DNA of 64,000 nt from the NCBI GenBank assembly GCA_026992735.1, contig JALWYO010000017.1, positions 373 to 64,372 on the forward strand, given 5' to 3'. This DNA is from Deltaproteobacteria bacterium. Lineage in GTDB: Bacteria; Desulfobacterota; Dissulfuribacteria; Dissulfuribacterales; QOAL01. Shown here piece after piece: positions 54,883 to 64,000 of this stretch. Below the pieces are notes generated by a model. The model made no database searches. It saw only the letters and a program-made list of their open reading frames with translations, and had not been told where the DNA came from. Position 1 is the first letter of the stretch; each line of letters opens with the position of its first letter. The translations under genes were made by a program, and so were the position numbers.

Positions 54883-57051
54883 TTAAACTCCCGGTCCTGT
54901 GTAGCTGTCTGCCTTTACCTTCCATATCTGATAGGAAGGAGAATGCAGGCTGACAGGTTCAAAATAATGGCCTGGATTATGCCTCACGAACAGCTTGTTA
55001 AATACTGACTCCGCCATATTTCCATCCATTACCGCACCAAATCCGGCACTGGGCACTATCTCCAGGTTGAGCCCCCCCTCCCTGTGATAGTTCCTGATGC
55101 TCACCTTGTTGGGCAATCTCATAACCAGCCTGTTCAAGGGGAGCTGCTTGCCCCTGAACAGCATAATTCCTTCTCTGCGGGAGGCCTTCATGGGAAACCT
55201 GTCTCCGGAAACTCCTGTAATCTGATCGCCTTTCATGGTGACCCCGTACAATGCCACGTAATTAGGGTGAATGCCATCGTGCGTTACCGGGTTCCAGGAG
55301 CCCAGCCAGTACCACCAGTAAGAAGTAATGGTTAGCCTCCAGTCCAAGAACAGGAAAACCGGGCGGGAACTGCCTGGGAAAAAGAACCTGAGCCAGTCCT
55401 CGGTTGTCTTTATGTCTCCCTGGGGTTCCAGGCTGGCCTTGGTTATTATGTCCCGGGCCTTTTCCGGGCCTGCAGCCAGGACCTCCTTTATCAGGGCAAA
55501 GCCCTTCTTCACATCCCCGCCACAGGCCTTATAGACCTTGTGGGTCCCGTTATTGATGCCCCTTTCCACAAAAAACTGCATCATGTTTGCCGAAAGCCTG
55601 TAGTTATCCGTGGTAAAGGGTATGCCGTTAAACACGGAACGCTCTCCTGCGTGAACCTGGCCGTCATTTACAGTCGCCCTTCTGGCCCAGTAGATCATGG
55701 GATAGCCATGATCCCACCATGCCCATATCACTGAATCTGCAGGCGTTTTCTCGGATGCATCCACCATCCCCTGTATCAAGAAAGGGGGCTCCTTGGGCCA
55801 GAATGTCTTGAGCATGCCCTTCTGAAAAGACGGAATCACGAATATAAGGGCGATGAGTGGGGCTGCCACTGTACAGACCCTGAAACGCGCCTTCATGCGC
55901 CAGATCTCGCTGATTAGAAAACCTGCCCCCAACGCGAGCGTAGGCGCAAGGAATATCATGAACCTCTTTGCAAAGAAAAATGACAGGCAGGCCAGTATGG
56001 CAGGTACTGCTATGTATATCCCCCTTGTCCTGAAACGCCAGAACAGGAACAGAAGGCCTGCAATGGAAAGCAAAAACGTGCCTATGTTATCCGTGGTCTT
56101 GGCTGCAATCTCGCTTACGGAGGGCACAACCTGCTCGGAAATAGTCACCCCTATGTTTGGAAAATCACCCTGCACCTGCTTTGATATGTACTTGTAGGAG
56201 CTTAGAATCCCCTCCATTGTCCTGATGGGTAGCTTCATGCCCTTCAGGACCATGACCGCTACTGCTCCCGCGCACAGGACACCCAGGAAGATCATGGCTT
56301 CACGCCTGCCGGGCCTGTAAAAAAAGACTATGCTTGCAGCAAGGGGCAGCAGGGCGACTGCAGTGGTAACCTGCGGTGTCTGGTCCCACCACCATAGGAA
56401 CAGAAGATAATTGACAATAGCCCCTGCAAACCACAGGTATCTCCTGCGGTCCGCAGTCTCTCCAAACTTCATGGCAAGATATACGGCCATCATGGCAAAC
56501 GTGACATTCATGCAGTCTGTATCAAACCAGCCGAGACAGCTCCGGTACACATAGTAGAAAGACATGATGGCAAACAAGCCTGAGGACAGGCCCATAAACG
56601 ATCCCCCATAGAAACGCCCTATGCCGTAAACCGGGAAAAAGAGAAGGATACCCAGGAGCGCAGGGGTAACGGCTCCTATCCAGTTAAACGATACAGAACT
56701 TAAACTGTGGACTGCATTCCCTATCCATGAAAGAAGAGGTGGAGGCATGGGCCTCGGAGGACAGTCCGGAACAGCCCTGGTCTCGTCAATGGGTTTATAA
56801 TTGTTCTCAGCAAGATCTCTGGACAGCCTCAGGTAATAATAGCCGTCAAAGGTGGTAAGCAAGGGCTCTCCCTGGTACAGGGCCCTGTCAGGATTGGCCT
56901 CCCAGTCCCTGATATCCTCCAAACGAACCAACAATCCCAGGCAAAGAATTACCAGGATCAAAACAGGCTCTATCCACCTTGCGTTCCTTGTCAATGTTCT
57001 GTCCTCCTGTGTGTCATCACCATATCGATGCAGCCAATGATAAACAATCAC
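54883..57051 (-). CDS. pglB: STT3/PglB-family oligosaccharyltransferase
   Basis: 722 aa. About 13 N-terminal TM segments with TTFDGYYYLRLSRD (first periplasmic-loop acidic motif). The periplasmic domain carries WAWWDHGYPMIYWARRATVNDG, matching the WWDYGY catalytic signature of PglB/AglB/STT3. Confidence 0.85.
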   Translation of the reverse strand: MIVYHWLHRYGDDTQEDRTLTRNARWIEPVLILVILCLGLLVRLEDIRDWEANPDRALYQGEPLLTTFDGYYYLRLSRDLAENNYKPIDETRAVPDCPPRPMPPPLLSWIGNAVHSLSSVSFNWIGAVTPALLGILLFFPVYGIGRFYGGSFMGLSSGLFAIMSFYYVYRSCLGWFDTDCMNVTFAMMAVYLAMKFGETADRRRYLWFAGAIVNYLLFLWWWDQTPQVTTAVALLPLAASIVFFYRPGRREAMIFLGVLCAGAVAVMVLKGMKLPIRTMEGILSSYKYISKQVQGDFPNIGVTISEQVVPSVSEIAAKTTDNIGTFLLSIAGLLFLFWRFRTRGIYIAVPAILACLSFFFAKRFMIFLAPTLALGAGFLISEIWRMKARFRVCTVAAPLIALIFVIPSFQKGMLKTFWPKEPPFLIQGMVDASEKTPADSVIWAWWDHGYPMIYWARRATVNDGQVHAGERSVFNGIPFTTDNYRLSANMMQFFVERGINNGTHKVYKACGGDVKKGFALIKEVLAAGPEKARDIITKASLEPQGDIKTTEDWLRFFFPGSSRPVFLFLDWRLTITSYWWYWLGSWNPVTHDGIHPNYVALYGVTMKGDQITGVSGDRFPMKASRREGIMLFRGKQLPLNRLVMRLPNKVSIRNYHREGGLNLEIVPSAGFGAVMDGNMAESVFNKLFVRHNPGHYFEPVSLHSPSYQIWKVKADSYTGPGV

Positions 57052-57056
57052 AATTC

Positions 57057-60014
57057 TTACTGCACAGCTACCACCTGGCTGAATATTTCTTCTACCCTGG
57101 CCCTTGTTTCTCTAAAGGCGTTGGCATCCACCCTGGCGCTCTTCATGTCCAATGTCCGATGATTTATGGCTTTCGCATAATGCCTGTAGGCCTGAGACAA
57201 GTCATGTGCCTGCGCCTGAGACAGCAGGCCCAGATCACCAAGTATCTGCAGAAGGTCCAGGCAGCCGGTGAACCTGACAAGCTCCTCATGTATGCGGGCA
57301 TGACAAAGCACCAGGTACTGCACCAGGAATTCTATATCCATTACTCCCCCTGGATGCTTTTTTATGTGGAAAAAGGACGAATTGCCTGTTGCAGCCTTCC
57401 AGATCTTCTTCCTCATGGCATGGATGCCTTCCGCTACCTCTACTGCCTTTCTTTTCGTCATGAGGCAGTCTTTTCTTATGTCTTCAAAGGTCTTTTTTAC
57501 CACTTTATCACCAGCAACCGCCCTGGCCCTGACCAGCGCCTGATGTTCCCACAGCCAGGCCCTGGCCCTCTGATATTCGGCAAAACTCTCCAGGCTGCTC
57601 ACAAGAATACCCTGTGAACCATTGGGACGGAGGCGGGTATCTATCTGGTACAGCCTGCCCTGGCTTGTCCTTGTGGTAATGAGAAATATCAGCCTCTGCA
57701 CCATGCGAGAAAAATAATAGCCTGCATCCCCGGCAGTTACCTGTCCGTCCTGGCTGAGTGCTGCCGGATCGTACAGAAATACGAGATCCAGATCTGATGC
57801 ATAACCCATCTCCCTGCCGCCCATCTTGCCGTAAGCCACGACTGCCATTCCACAGTGCTCTGGAACAGAAAAACCCGGGTAAAACGGCTCTTCTTTATTA
57901 CAAGCCACATGCTTAATGGCGCTTTCAAGGCATTTATCCACGAGTATGCACGCAAGACCTGTCAAAGAAGCTCCCACCTCTCTGACATCAATGAGATTAT
58001 CCAGGTCGCAGGCAGCCACCCGCAGCGTACTGCCCTTCCTGAAACGCCTTAATTCATCCATAAACAGCTCCAGATCACTGCCGGGAATGGAGGCTGTCAT
58101 TGCGTCCAGCTGTTTTCTGAACTCCCTGTCTGCAAGGGGATTGAAAAGGGCAGATGCATCAATCAATTCATCGAGAAGTATAGGCTGCCTTGAAAGAATC
58201 TCGGCTATCCATATGCTTCTGGAGCATAGATAGACCAGATGCCTGAGGGCCTGGGGATATTCCAGCAGCAGCACCAGGTAGTTGCCTCTTCTGAGCACTG
58301 CATCTATTACCTTCAGGCTGCCTTCCAGGGCCTTGTCAGAGTCAGGCACAGCAGTGCATACCGCAATCAGCTTGGGGATAAGCCTGTCCAGGACATCTCT
58401 GGTCCTGCTTGGCATCAGTGCAATCTGCCGGGAATTTCTAAGAGACAGGAGCCTTGAGGCCGCCTCTTCCGAAAAACCCATGGCAAGCATCTGCTGCCTT
58501 GCAGAACGATCTTCCGGAGCCTCCCATATGAGCAGGTATTCCCCCTCGCTGACATCAGGCAGTATGCAGTCCACATGTTGACCGCCGCTTTCACTGCCGG
58601 CATCTGTAGTGCAGATTTGAACGTCTGTCTGTTGCTGCTTTTCGTCAAACAGCTCTCCAAATATACGATGAGCAGCTTGCATGTGCCCTTTCAGCACAGG
58701 GTAAAACCTCTCCCAGGAAGAAAAACCCATGGCAACCGCAAGCCTCAGCTGCATCTCGGAGTCCTCCGGCAGGAAATGCACCTGCTGATCAGCAAATTCC
58801 TGGAGCCTGTTTTCCGTCATCCTGAGAAATATGTAGGCCTCTCTCAGGAGCCTGCATGTCCCGCTGTCCAGAAGGGAAAGGGATTCCAGGTGCCTCAGCA
58901 CCCTGAGCAGATACCTCTCTTGCAGGGCAGGCATACGCCCACCTTTCAGCAGCTGAAAGGCCTGACATATAAATTCTATGTCCCTGATACCGCCGGGGCC
59001 AAGTTTGATATCGCGCTCCAGCGCCTTCCGGTCCTGCTCGGCCAGGATCATGGCCTTCATCTGCCTCATGGCGTCTACGGCGGAATAATCCAGGTATTTT
59101 CTGTACACAAAGGGCCTGAGCGCCTTCAAAAGCCTTTCACCTGCAAGGATGTCCCCTGCAGCGGCCCTGGCCTTGACCATGGCATACCGTTCCCACTGCC
59201 GCCCATAGTTCTCATAATATTCCTCTACTGCACTTGCAGGAAGCACCAATGGACCAGAGTCGCCAAATGGTCTCAGCCTGGTATCCACCCGGAAGACCAT
59301 GCCCTCCTCCGTGGTCAGGGAAAGCGCCCTGCAGAGCCTTCGCGCCAGCCGGGTAAAAAACTCCTCGTTGGAAAGGCCAGCGCCGGCACCTGTTGTGCTG
59401 CCCTGCAAAGGGTATGCAAAGATCAAATCTATATCGGATGAAAAATTCAGCTCACCTGCCCCAAGTTTGCCCATGGCCAGAACTATGAGGCCCTGAACAT
59501 GGCCATCTGGATAAACAGGACTGCCAAAGGCCTGTGCCTGCTCATTATTCAGCCAGCCAAGCGCAGCCTCTATGCACTGGTCTGCCAGAAATGTCAGATC
59601 GGACAGGATCTCTTCAAGATCGGCAGTGCCTGACAAATCCCTCCAGGCTATCCTGAACATCTTACGGTTGCGGAACCTGCGCAGCACAGACAAAAGATCA
59701 TCCTCACAGGAGACGTTTTTCATGGCATCATGCATACGCTTCAGGAATTTCCGCCTGTCCATACTGCTGGACAATTCCCCGGACAGGGCCATCTCTGGAA
59801 GCAGGCCGGGATATTTTCTCAGGATTAACTGGAGAAACCTGCTGAGGGGAAGCACCAGTGCCGCCTGGCCGGCAAGTACAGGGCCGATTGCGGCCTGGCC
59901 CCTGCGCCCCACGAGTTCATTCAGAAGCCGCAGCCCTTCCTCGCGTAGATCTGCTGGATAATGTTTCTGCAACTGCTTGATATTATTAATTGACCTGGTT
60001 GGATAGAATGTCAT
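57057..60014 (-). CDS. glnE: Bifunctional glutamine synthetase adenylyltransferase / adenylyl-removing enzyme
   Basis: 985 aa. Two nucleotidyltransferase modules (GKLGAGELNFSSDIDLIF and GKMGGREMGYASDLDLVF), each followed by a GlnE helical domain. Confidence 0.93.
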   Translation of the reverse strand: MTFYPTRSINNIKQLQKHYPADLREEGLRLLNELVGRRGQAAIGPVLAGQAALVLPLSRFLQLILRKYPGLLPEMALSGELSSSMDRRKFLKRMHDAMKNVSCEDDLLSVLRRFRNRKMFRIAWRDLSGTADLEEILSDLTFLADQCIEAALGWLNNEQAQAFGSPVYPDGHVQGLIVLAMGKLGAGELNFSSDIDLIFAYPLQGSTTGAGAGLSNEEFFTRLARRLCRALSLTTEEGMVFRVDTRLRPFGDSGPLVLPASAVEEYYENYGRQWERYAMVKARAAAGDILAGERLLKALRPFVYRKYLDYSAVDAMRQMKAMILAEQDRKALERDIKLGPGGIRDIEFICQAFQLLKGGRMPALQERYLLRVLRHLESLSLLDSGTCRLLREAYIFLRMTENRLQEFADQQVHFLPEDSEMQLRLAVAMGFSSWERFYPVLKGHMQAAHRIFGELFDEKQQQTDVQICTTDAGSESGGQHVDCILPDVSEGEYLLIWEAPEDRSARQQMLAMGFSEEAASRLLSLRNSRQIALMPSRTRDVLDRLIPKLIAVCTAVPDSDKALEGSLKVIDAVLRRGNYLVLLLEYPQALRHLVYLCSRSIWIAEILSRQPILLDELIDASALFNPLADREFRKQLDAMTASIPGSDLELFMDELRRFRKGSTLRVAACDLDNLIDVREVGASLTGLACILVDKCLESAIKHVACNKEEPFYPGFSVPEHCGMAVVAYGKMGGREMGYASDLDLVFLYDPAALSQDGQVTAGDAGYYFSRMVQRLIFLITTRTSQGRLYQIDTRLRPNGSQGILVSSLESFAEYQRARAWLWEHQALVRARAVAGDKVVKKTFEDIRKDCLMTKRKAVEVAEGIHAMRKKIWKAATGNSSFFHIKKHPGGVMDIEFLVQYLVLCHARIHEELVRFTGCLDLLQILGDLGLLSQAQAHDLSQAYRHYAKAINHRTLDMKSARVDANAFRETRARVEEIFSQVVAVQ

Positions 60015-60182
60015 TTCATATTAACATGCCAGGATAACTTCGGGATACATACAGAAAGCAAGGACATTTCGAGGCCTGACAACTTGGATAGCAGTCGAAT
60101 TTTTTGTTGTTCAACATGGCACATCTTCTTATATTGTGTTGCATTGCACAAAATCAATTACTCTCTGGAGGGGGAGGTACGG

Positions 60183-62096
60183 GTGAACAAAAAATGTCTT
60201 ATACTGTCCATTGTCCTGGTCTTTTCATCCCTTCAGGCCCACGCAAGACCACTGGGGAAAGAGGCCCTGCTATTTGAAAACATTCCCAAGGTCGTAACTG
60301 CATCCAGGCAGGTGGTCACAGTGCTGGAATCTCCTGCCACAGCCACAATAATTACAAGGCAGGACATTGTCCACAGCGGTTACAACAGCGTCACCCAGCT
60401 ATTGAGATATGTTGCGGGTGTTGACTTTTTCAAGACTACCGGTGCCGGTTTTAATATAGGCATGAGGGGAGTCAACGGGCTCCATGCCAACAATGTGCTT
60501 ATCCTCGTAGACGGCAGGCCCATATATTCCCCTGTCAGGAACACCAATCAATGTGCTCTTATACCAGAAGTCCCTGACGACATAGAAAGGATCGAGGTAA
60601 TAAGGGGGCCGGGCTCTGTTCTCTATGGCTCAAATGCCTTCTCCGGCGTCATAAATATCATCACCAGGTCACCAGAGGCCATTAACGGCATCCAGATCAC
60701 TGGCTCTGCAGGCACGTTCAGCGATGAACTCTACAGTCTTACTGCGGGAAAACGGTTTGGGAACTGGTCATATAAGCTGGTGAGTGCATGGACACAGAAA
60801 AACTCTACCGCAGACCACGATAAACAGATCAAGGGCCTGTGGAAAATGTCAGGAGAACTCAACTATGAAAAGATGCCGGGTAACAATTACAACCTGTCCT
60901 TCGGCTTTGCAAAGGGCAAATTATTGGTAGTCCCTGCCAGGCCTGTCACCCCGTTTGACCAGGATGGATTTGACGGCTTTCTGCGCAGCAGGATGAACTG
61001 GGACGACTTGAAGCTGGATCTATGGTGGCGCCACTTTGACAACTCTGGCGATGCCATGCCTTCAAGTAAGCTCCACTGGAGATTTGACCATATAGACATG
61101 CTTCTCCAGAACCAGTACATCCTTGGAGATCATACTGTTATTGGCGGCATAGAAGGACGGGTCTGCAGCCTGGGAGCCACCACATACGATAAGTGGCACA
61201 ATCAATTCATAGGGAGCGTCTTTGGGGAAGACCATTGGAAACTTACCCATAGGCTCGATGTATTTACAGGATTGCGGATGGATTACCAGACAGAGGCACA
61301 TGCTGCGCTTTCACCGCGGCTGAGCATTGTGTATTCCCTCTTACACAACCAGTCCATCAGGTTCACTGCGTCCCAAGCCTTTAAATATCCGTCATATTTG
61401 CAAAATTATATAGACATGAATGTTCCCGGGTTCGAGCATCAGGGCAACCAGGGCCTTGACCCGGAAAGACTGAGCAGCATGGAACTTGCCTACCAGATGG
61501 TAAACCCCTCCCGCCTTTCCCTGTCTGCGTCTATCTTCTACAACTACTATGACAATATAATAGACCTAGATTATACAGCTAAAAACCAAGGTGTGTACAT
61601 CACATACGAAAACCTCTATGACATATATCAGTACGGAGGTGAAATAGGCTTCCAGTACCGCTATTCACTTAATCTGCTACTTAGAGGCAACTACAGCTAT
61701 GTATGGAAACAGAAAAAGGATGGCATAACATTCGGGCCAGTGCCCACAAACCAAATCAATGGCGAATTCAGATATGATTTTGACCTGGGGCTGTGGGTAG
61801 ACATGAGAATACACTGGCAAGACCATTCAGACTACTCTATCGGGCTTTTAGCGCCGTTATCCTGGGAAACATACGGATCGCCCGGCGATTTCCAGGACAT
61901 TACACCTCTGCCAGGCGAGTGGCAGGAGCTTTCAGGATTCACCCTCGCGGACCTGTCCATGGGATTCATATCTCCTGACAGAAAATGGAACATAGCGGCT
62001 GCTGTTCACAATCTCTTTCACAGCACACACCAGGAAACCCCTGATGGCAACGATGCCGGCACCACCTTTACTGCCAGGCTTTCATTGATGTTTTAG
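60183..62096 (+). CDS. TonB-dependent outer-membrane receptor
   Basis: GTG 60183 follows GGAGGGGGAGG. Signal peptide, plug domain (IERIEVIRGPGSVLYGSNAFSGVINIITR), long beta-barrel ending in ...ARLSLMF. Confidence 0.88.
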   Translation: MNKKCLILSIVLVFSSLQAHARPLGKEALLFENIPKVVTASRQVVTVLESPATATIITRQDIVHSGYNSVTQLLRYVAGVDFFKTTGAGFNIGMRGVNGLHANNVLILVDGRPIYSPVRNTNQCALIPEVPDDIERIEVIRGPGSVLYGSNAFSGVINIITRSPEAINGIQITGSAGTFSDELYSLTAGKRFGNWSYKLVSAWTQKNSTADHDKQIKGLWKMSGELNYEKMPGNNYNLSFGFAKGKLLVVPARPVTPFDQDGFDGFLRSRMNWDDLKLDLWWRHFDNSGDAMPSSKLHWRFDHIDMLLQNQYILGDHTVIGGIEGRVCSLGATTYDKWHNQFIGSVFGEDHWKLTHRLDVFTGLRMDYQTEAHAALSPRLSIVYSLLHNQSIRFTASQAFKYPSYLQNYIDMNVPGFEHQGNQGLDPERLSSMELAYQMVNPSRLSLSASIFYNYYDNIIDLDYTAKNQGVYITYENLYDIYQYGGEIGFQYRYSLNLLLRGNYSYVWKQKKDGITFGPVPTNQINGEFRYDFDLGLWVDMRIHWQDHSDYSIGLLAPLSWETYGSPGDFQDITPLPGEWQELSGFTLADLSMGFISPDRKWNIAAAVHNLFHSTHQETPDGNDAGTTFTARLSLMF

Positions 62097-62098
62097 AT

Positions 62099-63046
62099 AT
62101 GGCTAAACCTGCGGCTTATTTATATTGGCTGACAGCCTTCATAATCATGGCAACACTGCATGTAGTATTGCCGCGGCCTGTCATGGCAGCCTGCCCGCAG
62201 GATGATGTAATGATACTGCTTTCATCAGACTTCTGGCCTTATGTCACAGCAGCAGATTCGCTTGAACAAGAACTTAAAACCCGCTGTCCGGCCATACACA
62301 TCAGAAGGCTTTACCTGGACCAGTTAAAAACTGTCACTCAAAAGGCCGAACGCCGCCAAACAGCCCCTTCCCTGGTATTCCCAATAGGTACCGAGGCTGT
62401 AGTTGCGGCCCAAAAACGGTTTCCTGCCATTCCCATAGTCTTCTCAATGGTGCTAGACCCTTCGCCGTCACTCCTTGCAGGCCAGAATATATACGGCGTG
62501 GTATTGGATATTCCATGCCAGGAGATATGGAAACAATTGAAATCCATTGCCCCGCATGTATCCAGGCCGGGCATACTATACACGGACGATTCATGGGGAA
62601 CTGCCCGCAACATGGCCAACATTCTGAGGGAAAACGGCATTAACCCGGTACTGATAAAAATCGATTCCAGTGAACAGATACAACATGGCATTGAAGATAT
62701 ACTGCGCCTTTCAGATGCCCTGATTGCAATACCTGACACCAATATCTATAATAAAATCGTTGCACCAAGGATAATTTTCGAGGCAATACGTCACAGGAAA
62801 CCCTTTGTCGGGCTTTCGAAAAATTTCACCGAGTCAGGCGCCCTGCTCTCGGTGGACAGCGACTACGAAGACATAGGGATACAGGCTGCAGATATGGGTC
62901 TTGATATCCTGTCGGGAAACGTACCGGCCTCCAGGATACAATTCCCTCGCAAATTCAGCACCAGCCTTAATCTTCATACCGCCCGTCTGATAGGACTTGT
63001 GCCAGGAAGTGAGACGATCAAGGCTTTCAACATAGTGGCATACTGA
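62099..63046 (+). CDS. ABC_sub_bind-type periplasmic binding protein (no cognate permease or ATPase nearby)
   Basis: 315 aa with a signal/anchor. VFPIGTEAVVAAQKRFPAIPIVFSMVLDP resembles the PF04392-type family. Confidence 0.7.
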   Translation: MAKPAAYLYWLTAFIIMATLHVVLPRPVMAACPQDDVMILLSSDFWPYVTAADSLEQELKTRCPAIHIRRLYLDQLKTVTQKAERRQTAPSLVFPIGTEAVVAAQKRFPAIPIVFSMVLDPSPSLLAGQNIYGVVLDIPCQEIWKQLKSIAPHVSRPGILYTDDSWGTARNMANILRENGINPVLIKIDSSEQIQHGIEDILRLSDALIAIPDTNIYNKIVAPRIIFEAIRHRKPFVGLSKNFTESGALLSVDSDYEDIGIQAADMGLDILSGNVPASRIQFPRKFSTSLNLHTARLIGLVPGSETIKAFNIVAY

Positions 63047-63057
63047 GACCTGCCAGC

Positions 63058-64000
63058 ATGAAAGCGAAACTCGCATTCAAATTTGCCATATTCACTGCAT
63101 GCATACTGGCATTCAGTTTTTGGGCTCTCGGGATCTTTTTCATAACAACTCAGAGATCTGTAGTAATTCACGACCTTGAACAGATGGCATCAGCTCTGGC
63201 CACCAATCTTGCCGCAAACAGCGCATACGGCCTGGTAACCCGTGACAGAAGCCAGCTAAAGACACTGCTGGCATCCCTTGCCAGTGTCAGAGACATCAAA
63301 TTTTCATGGATAGAAGATCAAAACGGCAAGTTGCTGGCTAGTTTCGGGGATATTCCTCTTGAACTTTTGCAGGAAATACACATAAAACTCCACGCAAACC
63401 ATAAGGGCTATCATAACGGAACAAATGCAAGCACTGAGACCTATAGGCCGGGGGAAATGAACATTATCCTGAAATCCACGGCATTCCCCAGACTTATCAT
63501 AGCAAGTGCCAGGGTAATAGAACCGGCGCCGGAGAACAAAGAGGCCCTGGTCCTTGGCTCGCATCCGGACAGAGGCAAAAGGGTAATCCTGGGACGCGTG
63601 GTGGTGGCAATGTCTCTGAACAGGGCTGAAAAGGATATCACCTCGGCCAAGGAAAAATCCCTTGCCATCATATCCATAGTTGCCATCCTGTCCATGCTCC
63701 TGACAATTGCAATGGTCCATGTTATTACCCGGCCGCTTTCCAAGTTAAAGATAGCTGCGGAAGAAATCATGGTCGGTCTCACGCCCAGGTTTGTAACTGT
63801 AAAATCCAGTGACGAGATAGGAGAACTCGCTGATGCGTTCAACGAGATGGTGCGTGAACTGATGTCACGCAAGAAGGCCCTTGAAAAGGCCTATGCCGAG
63901 CTGGAAAACGTAAATATCAGCCTTGAGGAAAAAGTTGCCCAGAGGACCAAAGTACTCCAGGAAACTGTCGAGCAGCTCACCTGTGCCAGGGACGCCCTGG
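63058..64000 (+). CDS. Membrane sensor protein with periplasmic loop and HAMP domain (N-terminal part; output domain beyond the window)
   Basis: Not in the ORF track because it is truncated by the window end. ATG 63058. TM1 AIFTACILAFSFWALGIFFI, TM2 LAIISIVAILSMLLTIAMVHVI, then HAMP (TRPLSKLKIAAEEI...DEIGELADAFNEMVREL) and a coiled-coil linker. Confidence 0.8.
   Translation, partial: MKAKLAFKFAIFTACILAFSFWALGIFFITTQRSVVIHDLEQMASALATNLAANSAYGLVTRDRSQLKTLLASLASVRDIKFSWIEDQNGKLLASFGDIPLELLQEIHIKLHANHKGYHNGTNASTETYRPGEMNIILKSTAFPRLIIASARVIEPAPENKEALVLGSHPDRGKRVILGRVVVAMSLNRAEKDITSAKEKSLAIISIVAILSMLLTIAMVHVITRPLSKLKIAAEEIMVGLTPRFVTVKSSDEIGELADAFNEMVRELMSRKKALEKAYAELENVNISLEEKVAQRTKVLQETVEQLTCARDAL

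Noticed and set aside
60117-60132. TGGCAC hexamer upstream of the TonB-dependent receptor, as a possible sigma54 -24 element
   Set aside because: The expected -12 GC at the fixed spacing is absent (the sequence there is CTTA). Not a credible sigma54 promoter.

Overview
64-kb, roughly 50% GC, densely coding bacterial chromosomal segment. The gene content (multihaem cytochrome c, MoeA fused to a PBP-like domain, fused homocysteine-methyltransferase/MTHFR, PglB-type oligosaccharyltransferase) looks like Desulfobacterota, but the taxon is inference only. No rRNA, CRISPR array, intact IS or prophage was seen.

Layout:
- (1) 0-14.4 kb is an accessory cell-envelope island. It holds a truncated secreted D/NKRF heptad-repeat protein, a hexapeptide acetyltransferase, the Wzt/Wzm glycan ABC exporter, and four secreted or lipoprotein genes with no confident family. 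Two of those four are tandem Cys-rich paralogs. It also has one GT-B glycosyltransferase and two giant multidomain glycosyltransferases, one of which ends in a coiled coil.
- (2) 14.6-15.3 kb is a PIN/AbrB toxin-antitoxin pair.
- (3) 15.4-22.4 kb is a translationally coupled four-gene unit: Hcy-MT/MTHFR fusion, MoeA, MoeA-PBP, then a 12-haem cytochrome c.
- (4) 22.6-25.8 kb has two secreted proteins that share an unassigned Trp-rich domain.
- (5) 26-64 kb is mostly housekeeping: nucleotide-sugar dehydrogenase, AMMECR1, coaD, rsmD, fba, smr, tmk, ftsH, htrA, hisD, pyrF, M24 peptidase, tatC, Fe-ADH, ppsA, pheA, merR, ihfA, pheT, pheS, rplT, rpmI, infC, thrS, tRNA-Val, an HD protein, a PglB-like OST and glnE. 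It ends with a TonB-dependent receptor / ABC_sub_bind / HAMP-sensor triad that is cut by the window end.

Most interesting:
- The family-less tandem secreted paralogs sit inside the glycan-export locus. I propose them as candidate glycoprotein or envelope-structure genes.
- Two intergenic segments in that island are flanked by perfect inverted repeats.
- A small MITE-like family has 8-bp target-site duplications and solo 30-nt modules scattered through intergenic DNA.
- MoeA paralogs are coupled to a dodecahaem cytochrome.
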